A stretch of 64,000 nt of DNA. Origin: Carcharhinus longimanus. Its lineage: Eukaryota. The notes beneath the pieces were generated by a model. It worked only from the letters and a program-made list of their open reading frames with translations. It was not told the origin of the DNA and ran no database searches. The translations under genes were made by a program, and so were the position numbers. Numbering within the stretch: the first letter of the stretch is position 1; each line of letters starts with the position of its first letter. Below are positions 23,385-34,710 of this stretch, in pieces. The stretch is taken from contig JASCQW010000132.1 of the NCBI GenBank assembly GCA_030264375.1, positions 78,404,844-78,468,843 on the forward strand. Reading direction: 5' to 3'.

Positions 23385-25440
23385 GTTATAGGCCAATAAT
23401 TTAGGACAAAATTAACAGTCGCTTGGACAAATGAGATTAATTTAGAAAAGTCAACATGAATTTGTTAAGGGACAAATTAAGTTTGACTAATCTGCCTGAG
23501 TTGTATAACAAGGCAACAGAGGGAGCTGACCAGAGTACATGGTCCTATAAATGAGCATTTGATTGTGTGCCACATAACAGGCGTATCAGCAATGGTAAAA
23601 CCCATGGAATAAATAGGGCTGGCAATTTGGATACAAAGTCGACTGAGTGACAGGGAACAGTCAAGGTGAACAGTCCCTTATCAGAACAGAGGAAGGTAGA
23701 TAATGGCGTTCCGAAGTGTTGGTGTTCGGATCACTGTGTTTCCTGACATACACTGATTGATGCTTGGGTATACAAGGCAATGTCAAAATTTGCAGATGAC
23801 ACAAAACTTGGAAGTATTGTAAATTGTGAGGAATTTAGTGATACACTTCAAGAAGACCTAAGGCAGAATTCTTCTAACCCCCTGCTGTTCAATGGTGGAA
23901 ACAGTGAGAGGGTATGGCAGGAGGACGTAAAATCAGTTTCATGCTGGCATGAATTTACAGCACAATTCTCTGGCTGGTGTCCACTATGTAAGGTCAGGAA
24001 ACTTGACAGAGGTCTGAGTGAACCCCATTGGTATGTGGATGAAGGCCTGAACCGCACCCCCACCCCAACATCAGATTCTCTGTGGTGCCAGTGAGAAAAC
24101 ATGCTGACATGAAACACATTCATACAACGCAGCCTGCAAATGTCAGGACTCATCTGAGCAATGCCTGGGGCTGCCTCTGGAGTTCAGGATGGAGGCCCTC
24201 TGCAACACCAGACACTGGAACACCACAGCAGTGAGTGAGGGGAGCATCTATAGATGGATCTTCCAGATTGGGTGTCCTGGAGATGGCCCCTCTTCCAGCC
24301 TCAGTATTCCAGGAGATCCACCTTCTTTCTCATGAGATCTAAGTTCCACTCTCCAAATGTTCTCAGGGATCGATCTTAACTTTCCTTCCTTAATAGAAGG
24401 TCAGTGAAGTTGGGCACCTTTTCAATATGGCACCAGAATACAGAAGTGGATTACATGCCATCCAGGCCTTCCCCATCACTGAGTGCACCGTGAAACGCCA
24501 GGTTGGAACTGGAAGATTTGACGTGTTTGACCATCAGCCACTGCAGTGGAAAACACCCCATGTTCCAGCCATGGGACTTATTCTTAAAATGGAAAAATTC
24601 CTCCCCTAGGCAATGTAGTGGAAATGCTGACAAGTGATAGATGATGTAGGGAAGTGTGCATTGATCCATTTTTTGTAGGAATACTATGGAGAGATCGTAC
24701 AAAATGAAGGATTCAATTCTAAGGGGGGGGTCAGAGAAATCTAGGGATGAATGTGCACAAATTCTTGCAAGTAGCAGGACAAGTTGGGAAAGCCTTTAAT
24801 AAAGCATACAGGTTTCTGGACTTTATAAATAGGGGGATCAAGTACAAATGCAAGGAGGTTGTGGTAAACCTGTATAAACACTGCTTTGGCTTCAAGTGGA
24901 GTATCGTTTCTAGTTCTGGAATTCAGACTCGAAGAAGGACGTGAAGGCTTTAGAGAGGGTACAAAAAAGATTCATGAGAATAATTCCAGGGATAAAACAC
25001 TTCAGTTAGCGAAAAAGATTGAAGAACTTGGGATTGATTGCCGTGCAGAAGAGAAAGTTAAGAGGAGATTTTAAGCAGGTGTTCAAAGTCATGTCGGGTC
25101 TGGACCGAATAGACAGGGGAAAACTGTTCCTACTGGCAGAAGGTTTAAGAGCCCGAGAGTATCAAATCAAGGTGATTGGCAAAAGAAGAACTGCAACATG
25201 AGAAATACTCTTTAATGCAGCTTGTGTTTAGGATCTAGAATGCACTGCCTGGATATGGTGGAAGCAGATTCAACTGTGGCTTTTAAAATACAATTAGACA
25301 ATTATTTGAAGGGAAAAAGTTTTTAGGGCCATGGGGAAAGGCAAGGCTCTAGTTCTAGGTGAGTTACTCTGACGGAGAACTAGCAAAGACACAATGGGCC
25401 AAATGGCCTCCTTCTGTGCTGTCACCGTTCTATACTTCTC
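23385..25440 (+). mobile_element. Decayed CR1 (RT to 3' end) split by a TIR element
   Basis: SKFADDTKLG at about 23783; downstream ORF2 remnants (KAYRFLDFINRGIKYK, KRKLRGD...VFK) and a tail ending at about 25440. Confidence 0.85.
23861..24605. mobile_element. TIR element with 3-bp target duplication CTA (PIF/Harbinger-like, non-autonomous)
   Basis: cta|aggcagaattcttc ... gaaaaattcctccc|cta; the host CR1 resumes on both sides. A related copy lies at about 45880-46592. Confidence 0.65.
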
Positions 25441-25846
25441 TATTTCTTTATTTTGCGCCCCAAAATGAGACATGACAAAATCCAATGACCCAGCACCTCT
25501 TGTTCAACCACCTTACAACACCAACCATCACTCCAACTGCACCACACCCCCCACCCCGCCAAAGTATTATACAACAGAGTCCGATTTCATAACATAGTTA
25601 TGACTCAAAGGGCGTAATCTGAATTTGTCTTGCCTGTTGGGAAGCCAACAGAGTCAGGTGGAACACTAGTTCAATACCACACTCGATTTTACTCTTTATT
25701 GAATTCACTTGAGAGTGATACTGGGCAAGATGTAAAGCAAGTGTTGCATAATAATATCTTTACAAAAAAAATGCATGGGTTTCCTGCCTCATGCATTAGG
25801 TTACAATTGCCATCAGTAGGTGTTATTCAGTTTAGTCGCCCATGTT

Positions 25847-26172
25847 GGATGGCATGGTGGGCACAGTGGTTAGCACTGCTGCCTCACAGCACCAGGGACC
25901 CGGATTCAATTCCTGGATTGGGTCACTGCCTGTGTGAAGTTTGCACATTCTCCCCATGTCTGCAAGGGTTTCCTCCGGGTGCTCTAGATTCCTCCCACAG
26001 TCCAAAGATGTGCAGGTTAAATTGATTGGCCATGTTAAATTGTCCCTTAGTGTCACGGGAATCAGGAGGGTAAATATGTGCAGTTACATGAATAGGGCCT
26101 GGGTGGGTTTGTTGTCAGTGCAGTCTTGATGGGGCAAATGGCCTCCTTCTTCACTTTAGATCCTATAATTCG
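25847..26172 (+). mobile_element. Full-length HE1/V-SINE
   Basis: ggcatggtgggcacagtggttagcactgctgcctcacagc head, V-domain and CR1-like tail. Confidence 0.9.
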
Positions 26173-26410
26173 TTATTAAAAATAGAAGTCATGCTCATCC
26201 TACGCAATTTAGTTGTTGTGATTAGCAATATGTCATAATATGATTAAAGCATAACATGGCCATTTGCTAGAAAATTGCAGGCAGCTTTTGTGATATTAGA
26301 TTAATTTATAGGTCAAGGTGTCTTTAATAATGTTCTCTGTAAGTGTGATAATTGTCAATAAGGTTATACAGATTTCTGAGTGACTACGCTTTACTACTTT
26401 CTTCCTTTAG

Positions 26411-26531
26411 CGAATCCAAGGTCGTAAAGCCACTTTGGAGGAGATACAGATGGTTCACTCTGAATATCATTCGCTGCTCTTTGGCACCAACATCTTCAAC
26501 AGACAAAAACTGGACACAAGAAAGCTGTTAG
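26411..26531 (+). CDS. HDAC9: HDAC9 coding exon, 121 nt: [40 protein letters not shown](G)
   Basis: Acceptor tttcttcctttag|, donor g|gttcgt. Phase 0 to 1. RIQGRKA..EEIQ.VHSE.HSLL is HDAC9-like. Not present in the ORF track. Confidence 0.95.
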
Positions 26532-27299
26532 GTTCGTACAGACTTCTCAACTGACAACAGCACATAATATACATCTGTCAGCTTAAAGCCCTCAGCAAGA
26601 ATTGTGGCAAATTGTTACTTTTCCCAACATATTATCCAAATTTTGAATTGTTCTTTTATAATTTGTTGCCATTTTGGTCAGCGGTATAAGTTCCAGCAAA
26701 ATGTGTGCTCATCCTGTTAAGCCAGCACCTGAAGCTTGAAAATTCTCCCCTTGTAGGTATCTAGAGCAATCCATGCAGAGGGTCTCGAGAAGGTTGGCAG
26801 TGGGATAGAGTTTATTTGTGAGCCTAGGGCACCTGCTATCCACTCAAAATAAAAATTCTAAGCCTTTGCCAGGTCCTTTTCTGAGAGACCTCCAATGGTC
26901 CTTTTAAGGATCACTGTTCAGGCCACTCAACATCTGGGTCAAATGTGTGGTGCATGCTTAACGGGATCCTAGTCAAATGACAAGTATTGTTGCACTATGA
27001 GAATGGGATGGTAATTGACTTGATGCTATTTTCAGATCACGCTGTCCCACCTGGTCCGAGTGGAGTGGATGAAAATCTTCACCTAAAAATACTGTACAGA
27101 TCTATACTTAAGATGCTTGCCTTTTCATTATTTTTATGACCTAATTGCTATAATAGTACTGCAGTTGACATATTAGATCAGCTGTCTAACAGATTTCGCT
27201 ACACACTGAGAAGATGTGCATTTTCACAATTCTTTCCTGGATGTATATTTATGACTTTCTTTAATACAAGACTTGAAAAAAAACAGGGTCACTGAAGGA

Positions 27300-27535
27300 A
27301 CACCAAAAGAAGTGCGTGGAATGATGCATAGCGTGAGGGAATCTAGTTAAAAGGAAATAACCCAACTGGAATACCAATGTCCTTCAGAGAAAGGAACCTG
27401 CCATCCTGACCCGGTTTGGCCTATACATAATGCCAGTCCCATACCATATGGTCGTCCCTTAATGCCGTTTGGGCAACCAATGCTGGACAACAAATGCTGC
27501 CTTGACTGCATTGTCCAAATTCTTAGAACAAAGTA
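27300..27535 (+). mobile_element. Decayed copy of the second tRNA-derived SINE family
   Basis: tgtccttcagagaaaggaacctgcc...caacaaatgctgccttg matches 58310-58660. Confidence 0.6.
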
Positions 27536-27669
27536 TTTCTGCGTAATTTAGTTAAGCAATAAGGAGTGAGAAAGGCAGATTTTATTATTTAATTTTAGAA
27601 ATTCGGTTGGAAGGCCCAAGCGTAAAGTGTAGGTGTATGTCAAAATTGAAAATTGTAGGGAAAAGATTA

Positions 27670-27853
27670 GGGACAGGATTTTCTACCCCCTTCCCCTGCA
27701 ATGGCAGAGGTGGCATGCTATTGGCTGGTGGCAGGAACTTCTGGTCCTGCCACAATGTTCACACTTTTCAGGATTAGGGAACCTGTGATGGGGGCTTACT
27801 GTCAGCAGAACCAGGACTTCCTGCTGGCAGGAACAGCTGGAAAATCCTGCCCA
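27670..27853. mobile_element. Short TIR-bounded (MITE-like) element
   Basis: gggacaggattttc ... gaaaatcctgccc inverted termini. Confidence 0.7.
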
Positions 27854-27998
27854 AGGTAAATCCATAATATATTAAATACTTCCAAAAGCAATTGGGGATA
27901 GTTTTAATTTAAGGCAGTAGTGGAAATGGGGAATATTGGAATCAACCAGCCATTAAACAGCTTGACAAATTTTCCTGTTAATTTTAATGAAAGGAAAT

Positions 27999-28464
27999 TG
28001 TAGGGTCTATTCATTCATGCGAATAGACAAGGCAACAGCACTTGGTACAAATTTTAAAATGGTTTTCTTTTATTGAACAGAACTTAAGAAATTTAACATG
28101 ACAGAAGCAGTAAAAAGAAAAAGAAAAGCTTACTTGGAGACTGGTTTCTAAGCAAGCAAATCCTTTATACTGTGCTGGACTGAATTGGTTCTCGAAAACA
28201 AACTGAAAACTGAACACACAGTTACAATCTATATTTCAATTCTTATCTCATTTTTGTGAATGTCCTTTGCAGGCTGTCTCTGTTAGAGATGTCCATATTA
28301 TTCTGTGTAGAGGAACAAGTCTTGCAGCTGCTGCTGTTTGTCTGCTGCGTACTCTTCAGGAATGCATCAATTTCTAGCTAACCCAGTACGCCTTCTGAAT
28401 TTTAAAATGTAGTCATGTTAGCTTTAAAATGTAGTCAAGTTAGCAGTGTTAGTTAACCCCTACA
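27999..28464 (-). mobile_element. Putative solo LTR of a different family
   Basis: TGTAGGG...CCCTACA termini; ttttatt (aataaa on the minus strand) near 28070; internal 22-bp tandem duplication at 28401-28444. No clear TSD. Confidence 0.5.
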
Positions 28465-29184
28465 GTCTAGCATTTAAGCATAGGCAGACATATCTTAAAA
28501 TTAAGTCTTTGTGTAAACTGAAGCAAACTCAAGGGACCAGATGGCCTACTCCTGCTCCTAGTTCTTACGTTCTAAGCATCCATAGGATCTCTCAGAAATC
28601 AAGTGCCAAGTCTAATGGGTGGCCATCTTTTAATCATTTTATTTATCCTGATGCACAGCTCATAAGTAACTGACCTTGGAGTGAAAACTCCATATGATAT
28701 CCCTGGAAGATTTCTGGTTTGGTATTGGGACAAAGTGTTGAATAAAGTCATGAAAATCCTTGATGGAAAGAAGCAGTTGGAAGCAGCCAGACTGAACCAA
28801 GCCCTCATTATGGCAATTTGTTCAATGAGTGGGCTCTCAACTTGGCAACATTAAAGGCATTGTAGATGATGACTGCCAGTATGATAAAGTTGTAGATGAC
28901 TAATTTGGCCTTTTGGCACAGAATTTCAGTGCTTATATTGCTGAATGGCAGACTATCAATAAGAAGCAAGCTTGATGAAGTAGAGGAAAGAAACCTTATT
29001 GTCAACAATGCAGCATCCTTAGTTCAGATCCACTTTCAGTCCTTGGAAAATCAGCTAAGTGGTATGTCAGATACCCTGCTTGATCTGGGGAACTGCGACT
29101 GAGAAGGAGTGTCCATGTGACTGGCTTTCCCGTAGCAGTTGAGGGCGCGCTCTTGGCTAAATTTTTGAGAATTCGCTACTATGT

Positions 29185-29398
29185 TATGGTGATTGTGCCT
29201 TTAAGGATCAATCTGCAGAGTAAGGGTCACATGACCTGGGGAGCAGAATGGGGATCACCACCATGGTAAGCATGGACTTCTGTACTCAGAATCATCGAGG
29301 GAATTGATTGCAGCCACGAGGCTGCAAGCCTCTGTAGAATTTAATCTGTAAATAAATGAGTTGTGTTTTCCCCAAACTGGTGAGCCAACATCTTTACA
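29185..29398 (+). mobile_element. Solo LTR of the same Gypsy family
   Basis: Collinear with the LTRs at 16834 and 22386; the host module resumes immediately afterwards (cacattttc). Confidence 0.88.
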
Positions 29399-31628
29399 CA
29401 CATTTTCTTTATCTTGACACAAAAGCTGCCATATTATTTTTGAAGGGGCACATCGTATTGTGTTTTCAAGGTTTGACCCCTGGCTGGTAATCACGTGTTT
29501 TGATAGCTTCAGTCATGAAAGTTTTGATGAGGCTGGAAAGAGTCTGAATGCACTTTGCCATGATTTATCCTGCAACCCTGAGGGTGACATCTGACAGATC
29601 CAAAAGACTGTTCAACAATCCTACTAAGGCTTTGGCCTCTCTAAAATCATGGATGACAATAATTTGGAGTCATAATCTGCAGTTCATCGCAAATCCTGTT
29701 CTTTACCCCTTATCATTCTCATTCCTTTTTGTAATGTTATTTATCATGTCAACAGGAGTCATCTAGTATATAAGCACTGAGGTGAATTTTGCTTGTTATC
29801 CTTTAAAAACCGGGTATTTGTTTATAATCAAATGCATCCCTCAGCATGTTCCTGTAATTACTCCAGATTTAACACAAAGATTTGATCCTTATAATACCAG
29901 GAGCTGGCATGGAGGACTACCTGCATTGCTTGCAGCCCTGTGTCAAAATTGAATCCTAGTGGTTTAATAGTCTTAAAAAGCTTGGGGAGTACGCTGGGTA
30001 AATTGTATGGCACTAGGGCTATGTGATATTTATCTGCTTTTTCTTATACAATCCTTGCATTTTCATGGCTAATGTGAGTAGCACAATTGCAGAGAGATGG
30101 GTGGATGGCGGAGATTGCAGGTATGACCCAAGTCCTCACAACTGGTGAGGAAAACCCCTTAGAACTGTTAGTGTCACATAGTTCTGTTATCTTGAAGTCA
30201 AATAATCTCTTACAGACCCCTGAAAGGTACAGACAGAGCACATGTCCTGGGAAAGGACATGTTTTGGATCAATGGTGCCCCGATATAGCTGGGGATGGGA
30301 AATATGCTTTGGTGCATGTCTTAAGTGTGGTGCGAGAATCTTTTCTATCTCTGTGTCAAATCTGATTCCTTCACTGAATACACAATGGCAGTAGCTACTT
30401 GGAATATCCTGGAATTAAGTTACATGGTTCTGTCTCTATTATCCTGCAAGCAAGGTTGTCCACTGTTATACTATGTACTCATGACTTTGTCTTATTATCC
30501 TGTTTTCCCCCCAATCTCTGAAAGACCCCTTCACTGTATCTTTTGAAGGTGCTGTTGGTAATGAATAATGAATGATCTAAACTTTCTGTGAGTATGTAGA
30601 AAAATGATAATGCTGCACTATACCGATCCTTGAGGGTTTGTTGCGTTGTTTGTTAAAAATAGGAAAAAGTTCCAATGAAAATACATATTTAAAAAATTAT
30701 CCCTTCAAACTGTTTGATGTGAGCAGCTTACATTTATTTTATTCCTCAAGAATCACCTGAATGTCCATTGATTACAGTTGCTTTGCAGGATACTTGGAGT
30801 CTATATTGACTCTCTGGCTGTATTTTCCTCCATTATGCCACCCACAATTGGACATGATAATGATAGTTAATGAGGCAAATTCAGTATTTAGGGCAGACTG
30901 AAATGTTCCTGCCATGGTCTCTAGTGCCAGAATCATCAAGGAAAGAGTCATGGATTTCTGAATTCAAAGTGTTAAGCCTCTTAAGTTTATACACGCAAAA
31001 AGACAAAATCTAGAAATAGCCTCTTGACTACCTCTGTAGGCCCCAAACACCTATGCTTTAGATGTCAGACCAGACTGATATCAAAAATAATTTTCTAGTC
31101 CCACACTTTGGGACACTTCAGCCTTCTTTCAAACCTCTCCATCTCTTCAGATGCTGCAGGTCTTGTTGTGTTGGCTTGATCCTGGTGTTGGCAATTTTGC
31201 TGTGAGCTCACATTAAATATTTAACTAGTTTGGCCCAGGAAAGTTGGTCCAACAAAGTGATGGTTCTAATTTCTATCTTGCAGTTAATATGCCAATCAAA
31301 GGAAAATCTAGCCCTTTGTTACCATAAGTCAGCACTTTTAAGCAAGGAAGGGAGAAAATTTTAATTTTAAATCCCAATGCGTGCTGATCTTGGGACATAA
31401 AGCAATGTGTAATAGGCATCTGTGAAATGAACAGAAAATATTCCACATTAGCTCAACCTTGAAATGAACATCTTGTAAGATTGTGCAGACTTGAATGTTT
31501 TCTGTACTCCGTGCTGTTCCACCAAGTTTCCTCTGTTTATGACATGGAACTTGGCTTCTAAACTCTAAAGAATGCAATTCTGAACTCGCAATAATTAAAA
31601 CTACTTACTTTTTTCCTTCTTCATCTAG

Positions 31629-31678
31629 GATTTGTCACGCAAAATTTCTTCACTGCTCTCCCTTGTGGGGGTCTTGGA
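31629..31678 (+). CDS. HDAC9: HDAC9 coding micro-exon, 50 nt: (G)FVTQNFFTALPCGGLG
   Basis: Acceptor ttttttccttcttcatctag|, donor gga|gtaagt. Phase 1 to 0. LPCGGxG motif includes a Cys of the class IIa structural zinc site. Confidence 0.93.
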
Positions 31679-34118
31679 GTAAGTATAACTTGTGTTGCTG
31701 TTCATTCTATATGTTGGTTTGGAAAAAAAATTCTGTGCACTGTATTAAGTCTTAGTCAGGCTTTCATTAAAGTCTGACAGCTGGAGAATTCCCTTAACTA
31801 TTCTTAAGCAAAACACTGGTTGCTCAGTGAGTCACTGAAACAATGTTCTCGAATATTTAACCCCAGATGGAAAAGACATCACTTGTGCACCCTGTGTGTG
31901 ACATGTTCTGCTGTCTTTTCTACTACTCTTTACAAATATCCTCCCACATTCAACCTTAAGGAGCCTTAGCAATACAACGTTAACTCAAAAACATGTCATA
32001 AAGCTCTGCTTGCCAAAGATCCTCCCCCTCCCCCCACCCTTTAATAGAACTGGAGGCTGACCTCACCATACACCAAACAGGAAGTGGCAGTCATTGCACT
32101 GATGATTTACAAACTAGTGGAAATATTTGTCTTGTGATATATCTTACAACAGCAATAAAAAGAAAGCTCTTAGTGACTCATCCTGAAGTAAAAGATATAA
32201 AACTCTTCTGGAATTTTAAGTTTGACTTCCAGACATTCCCCCCCTCCCCAAAAAATTACTACGGATAATAAAGCAGTCTATGATAAGCTGGAAAGGGATA
32301 TGCTGCAGGAAATAATACAAGCCCTCAAGTATGCCTTATGCAATGACTGTCCTGTGTGGAGATTGGAGATTTAGCAAAATAGATATACATGAATGGGAAA
32401 GCCATTGTATAGTTATGTTGCAAACTTCACATTGTAAAATTAAGAATGTGCATCAGTAATTGCAACAAGTCTTCTCAATCGTTCTGTGGCTGGAATGATT
32501 CACTATTGCCACTACTCTAGCAATTTGCGACCACTTCAACTCATGCCAATGCCTGTGGCTTTGAGTCCTATTAGTTGCTGGCCTGAATATTTGTGGAGTG
32601 ATTGCTGATGCCAAAAATTATAACTGCCCTAATTTCTAGATTAGAGGTTGCAAACTATACTGAAGCAGAGCCCACAGCATAATTTTAAAGAGCAAATACC
32701 TTTGAAAGCCATTGCAGCTGCAAAACAATTTGTCCAAATATGCCTTTGAAAATAGGGCTGGTACATGGAACGTCTTTGCAAAAGCTGCACCCATTATTGA
32801 TTCAACTCTTTAAAAATAAGAAGTATGGCAAGCAAGGAAAGGGCAGGGGAATGGGACTGGCTGAATTTTTCTTGCACAGAATTGGCCTGGATCTGAACGG
32901 TTGAATGGCCTCCCTCTGTGCTGTAACTATTCTATGATGCTATGTGAGTAAATCTAGTGAATGTTGGAAATACAGAGTGAACCTCCCAGCATCTGGAAAG
33001 TGAAAAGTCAGGCTGAGATTCATTACCTGGTGCTGATGGACCTGGTGGATGTTTTGAACATTTTCTGTTTCTATCCCATTGTTCTGCATTTTCAGGTATT
33101 TCCTTGTTATTGACAACTTTTATTTAATATGAGTGTAGTGTAGAATAAAAAAACTCCGTGGATGTGTAGATGTAATTAAACTGATACACTGTTGCATACA
33201 GAAGAAAGCGGCAAACAACTGATGCTGCAGTTTAGTTTGCATGTTAGCTGATCTTGGCAATAGAAATATCAATTCTTTTCAATAATTATAGCCTCTAATC
33301 TCCTTGACGGGTGCAAATAGTACTGCAACAAGGAACAAGCCAGATTTTATGACAATACCATCATCAGCTGCCCTGCTTCAAAAGGCTTTGCAGTGTTTGT
33401 TGTCATCTATAACTTGGACCTGAAACAATCCACAACCCTCTAGGCACGCTTAGCAAAATTGATAACAGACCTTTTCCTCCATTTGCACAGCTCAGAGGAG
33501 GCAATTCAAATCATCACCAATGGCAGCAAATATTATTTTTTGACAGGGTCATAAAAATATAAAAGGGCCGGGCTCATGACACTGGATGAGAAATGGACTC
33601 TTAGGTTGGCTAGGGTTAATATATCTAGATTAGCTGCTGGCTGGGGGAATATGATGTTTGCAACCAGGATGTGATTTTGTACAAGATGATTTTGTTCCTG
33701 ATGCCCTGGAGAATACCCAGCACACATCAAAGAATAACAGTTGACTTGTATCATCTGAATTGGAGCAATTCACTGAAATTGTCCTAAAAGCTACAGGATG
33801 ATAAGATTGGTGGAGAAATAACACTGGGTCTCTTTGATGAGTGACTGGATCATTCAAATTAATTTTGACATGAACTGAGTCATTCCCGTTGCATTTTGAC
33901 AGTAATGTCCTTACTGAGACATTTGGCTCAGAAAGATGCGTTTCCGACATCTAAGACTAAATCATTAGTAGTAAAATCACCATCACAGGGATTCAAAGGA
34001 AAAGTTACAAAATTGTAGCCAATTTAGAAGTGGATAGAACTTTGCTCACCCCACCCCATGCTAATGATCTTGCAGTTTGAAAGTTGATGTCTTGTGGGAT
34101 AGGAAAGCTTGCAGCTAA

Positions 34119-34402
34119 AGAATCCATAGAGTCCTCCTGTGCAGAAGGAGGCCACTTGGCCCATCAAATCTGCATTGACCACAATCCCATACAGGCCCTA
34201 TCCCCATAAACCCATGCTAGTCGTCCTGACACTAAGGGGCAATTTAATATGGCCAATCCACCTAACGCACACTTCCTTGTACTGTGGGAGGAACCAGAGC
34301 ACCTGGAGGAAACCCACACAGACAGTGACCTAAGCCAGAAAACAAACCCAGGTCCCTGGAGCTGTGAGACAGCAGTGCTAACCAGTGTGCCACCATGCCA
34401 CC
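34119..34402 (-). mobile_element. HE1/V-SINE (internally deleted)
   Basis: Tail, V-domain and tRNA head on the minus strand. Confidence 0.88.
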
Positions 34403-34710
34403 TACAATCTTTCTTGATGGCTAATTGCATTTCCTTTATGAAATGTTATGCAAGAATAGATGCAATGGATTCACCATATGCCTGTTTCTGAACTTGGCAA
34501 CAAGAAATTGGTACCAAATGGGATTGGGACCAATCTTCTGAGGGTGCAGGATTCTGAGATGAAAATATTATTTTTTTCTAAAACTAAAACACAGCATAGC
34601 TTAACTTCATCAAAGAAAAGTCCTGCAGGGAAAATTTAAGCTTTTTTTTAAAATAAAATTAAGCAACAACTAACTTTGCTGCTTTGCTACACCGTATGTC
34701 TTTTCCAAAC

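Larger units (their letters stand above)
27780..29815 (+). repeat. Copy 3 of the locally repeated module, with two internal insertions
   Basis: Collinear with 14985-16292 except for inserts at about 27999-28620 and 29185-29398. Confidence 0.8.

Noticed and set aside
28401-28444. 22-bp direct repeat as a CRISPR-like array
   Set aside because: Two adjacent copies with no spacer, in eukaryotic DNA; a simple tandem duplication.
29900-30697. Possible L1 ORF2 end and 3' tail continuing module copy 3 (similar minus-strand candidate at 57345-57760)
   Set aside because: Only an A-rich end and faint peptide resemblance; too decayed to support without an alignment.
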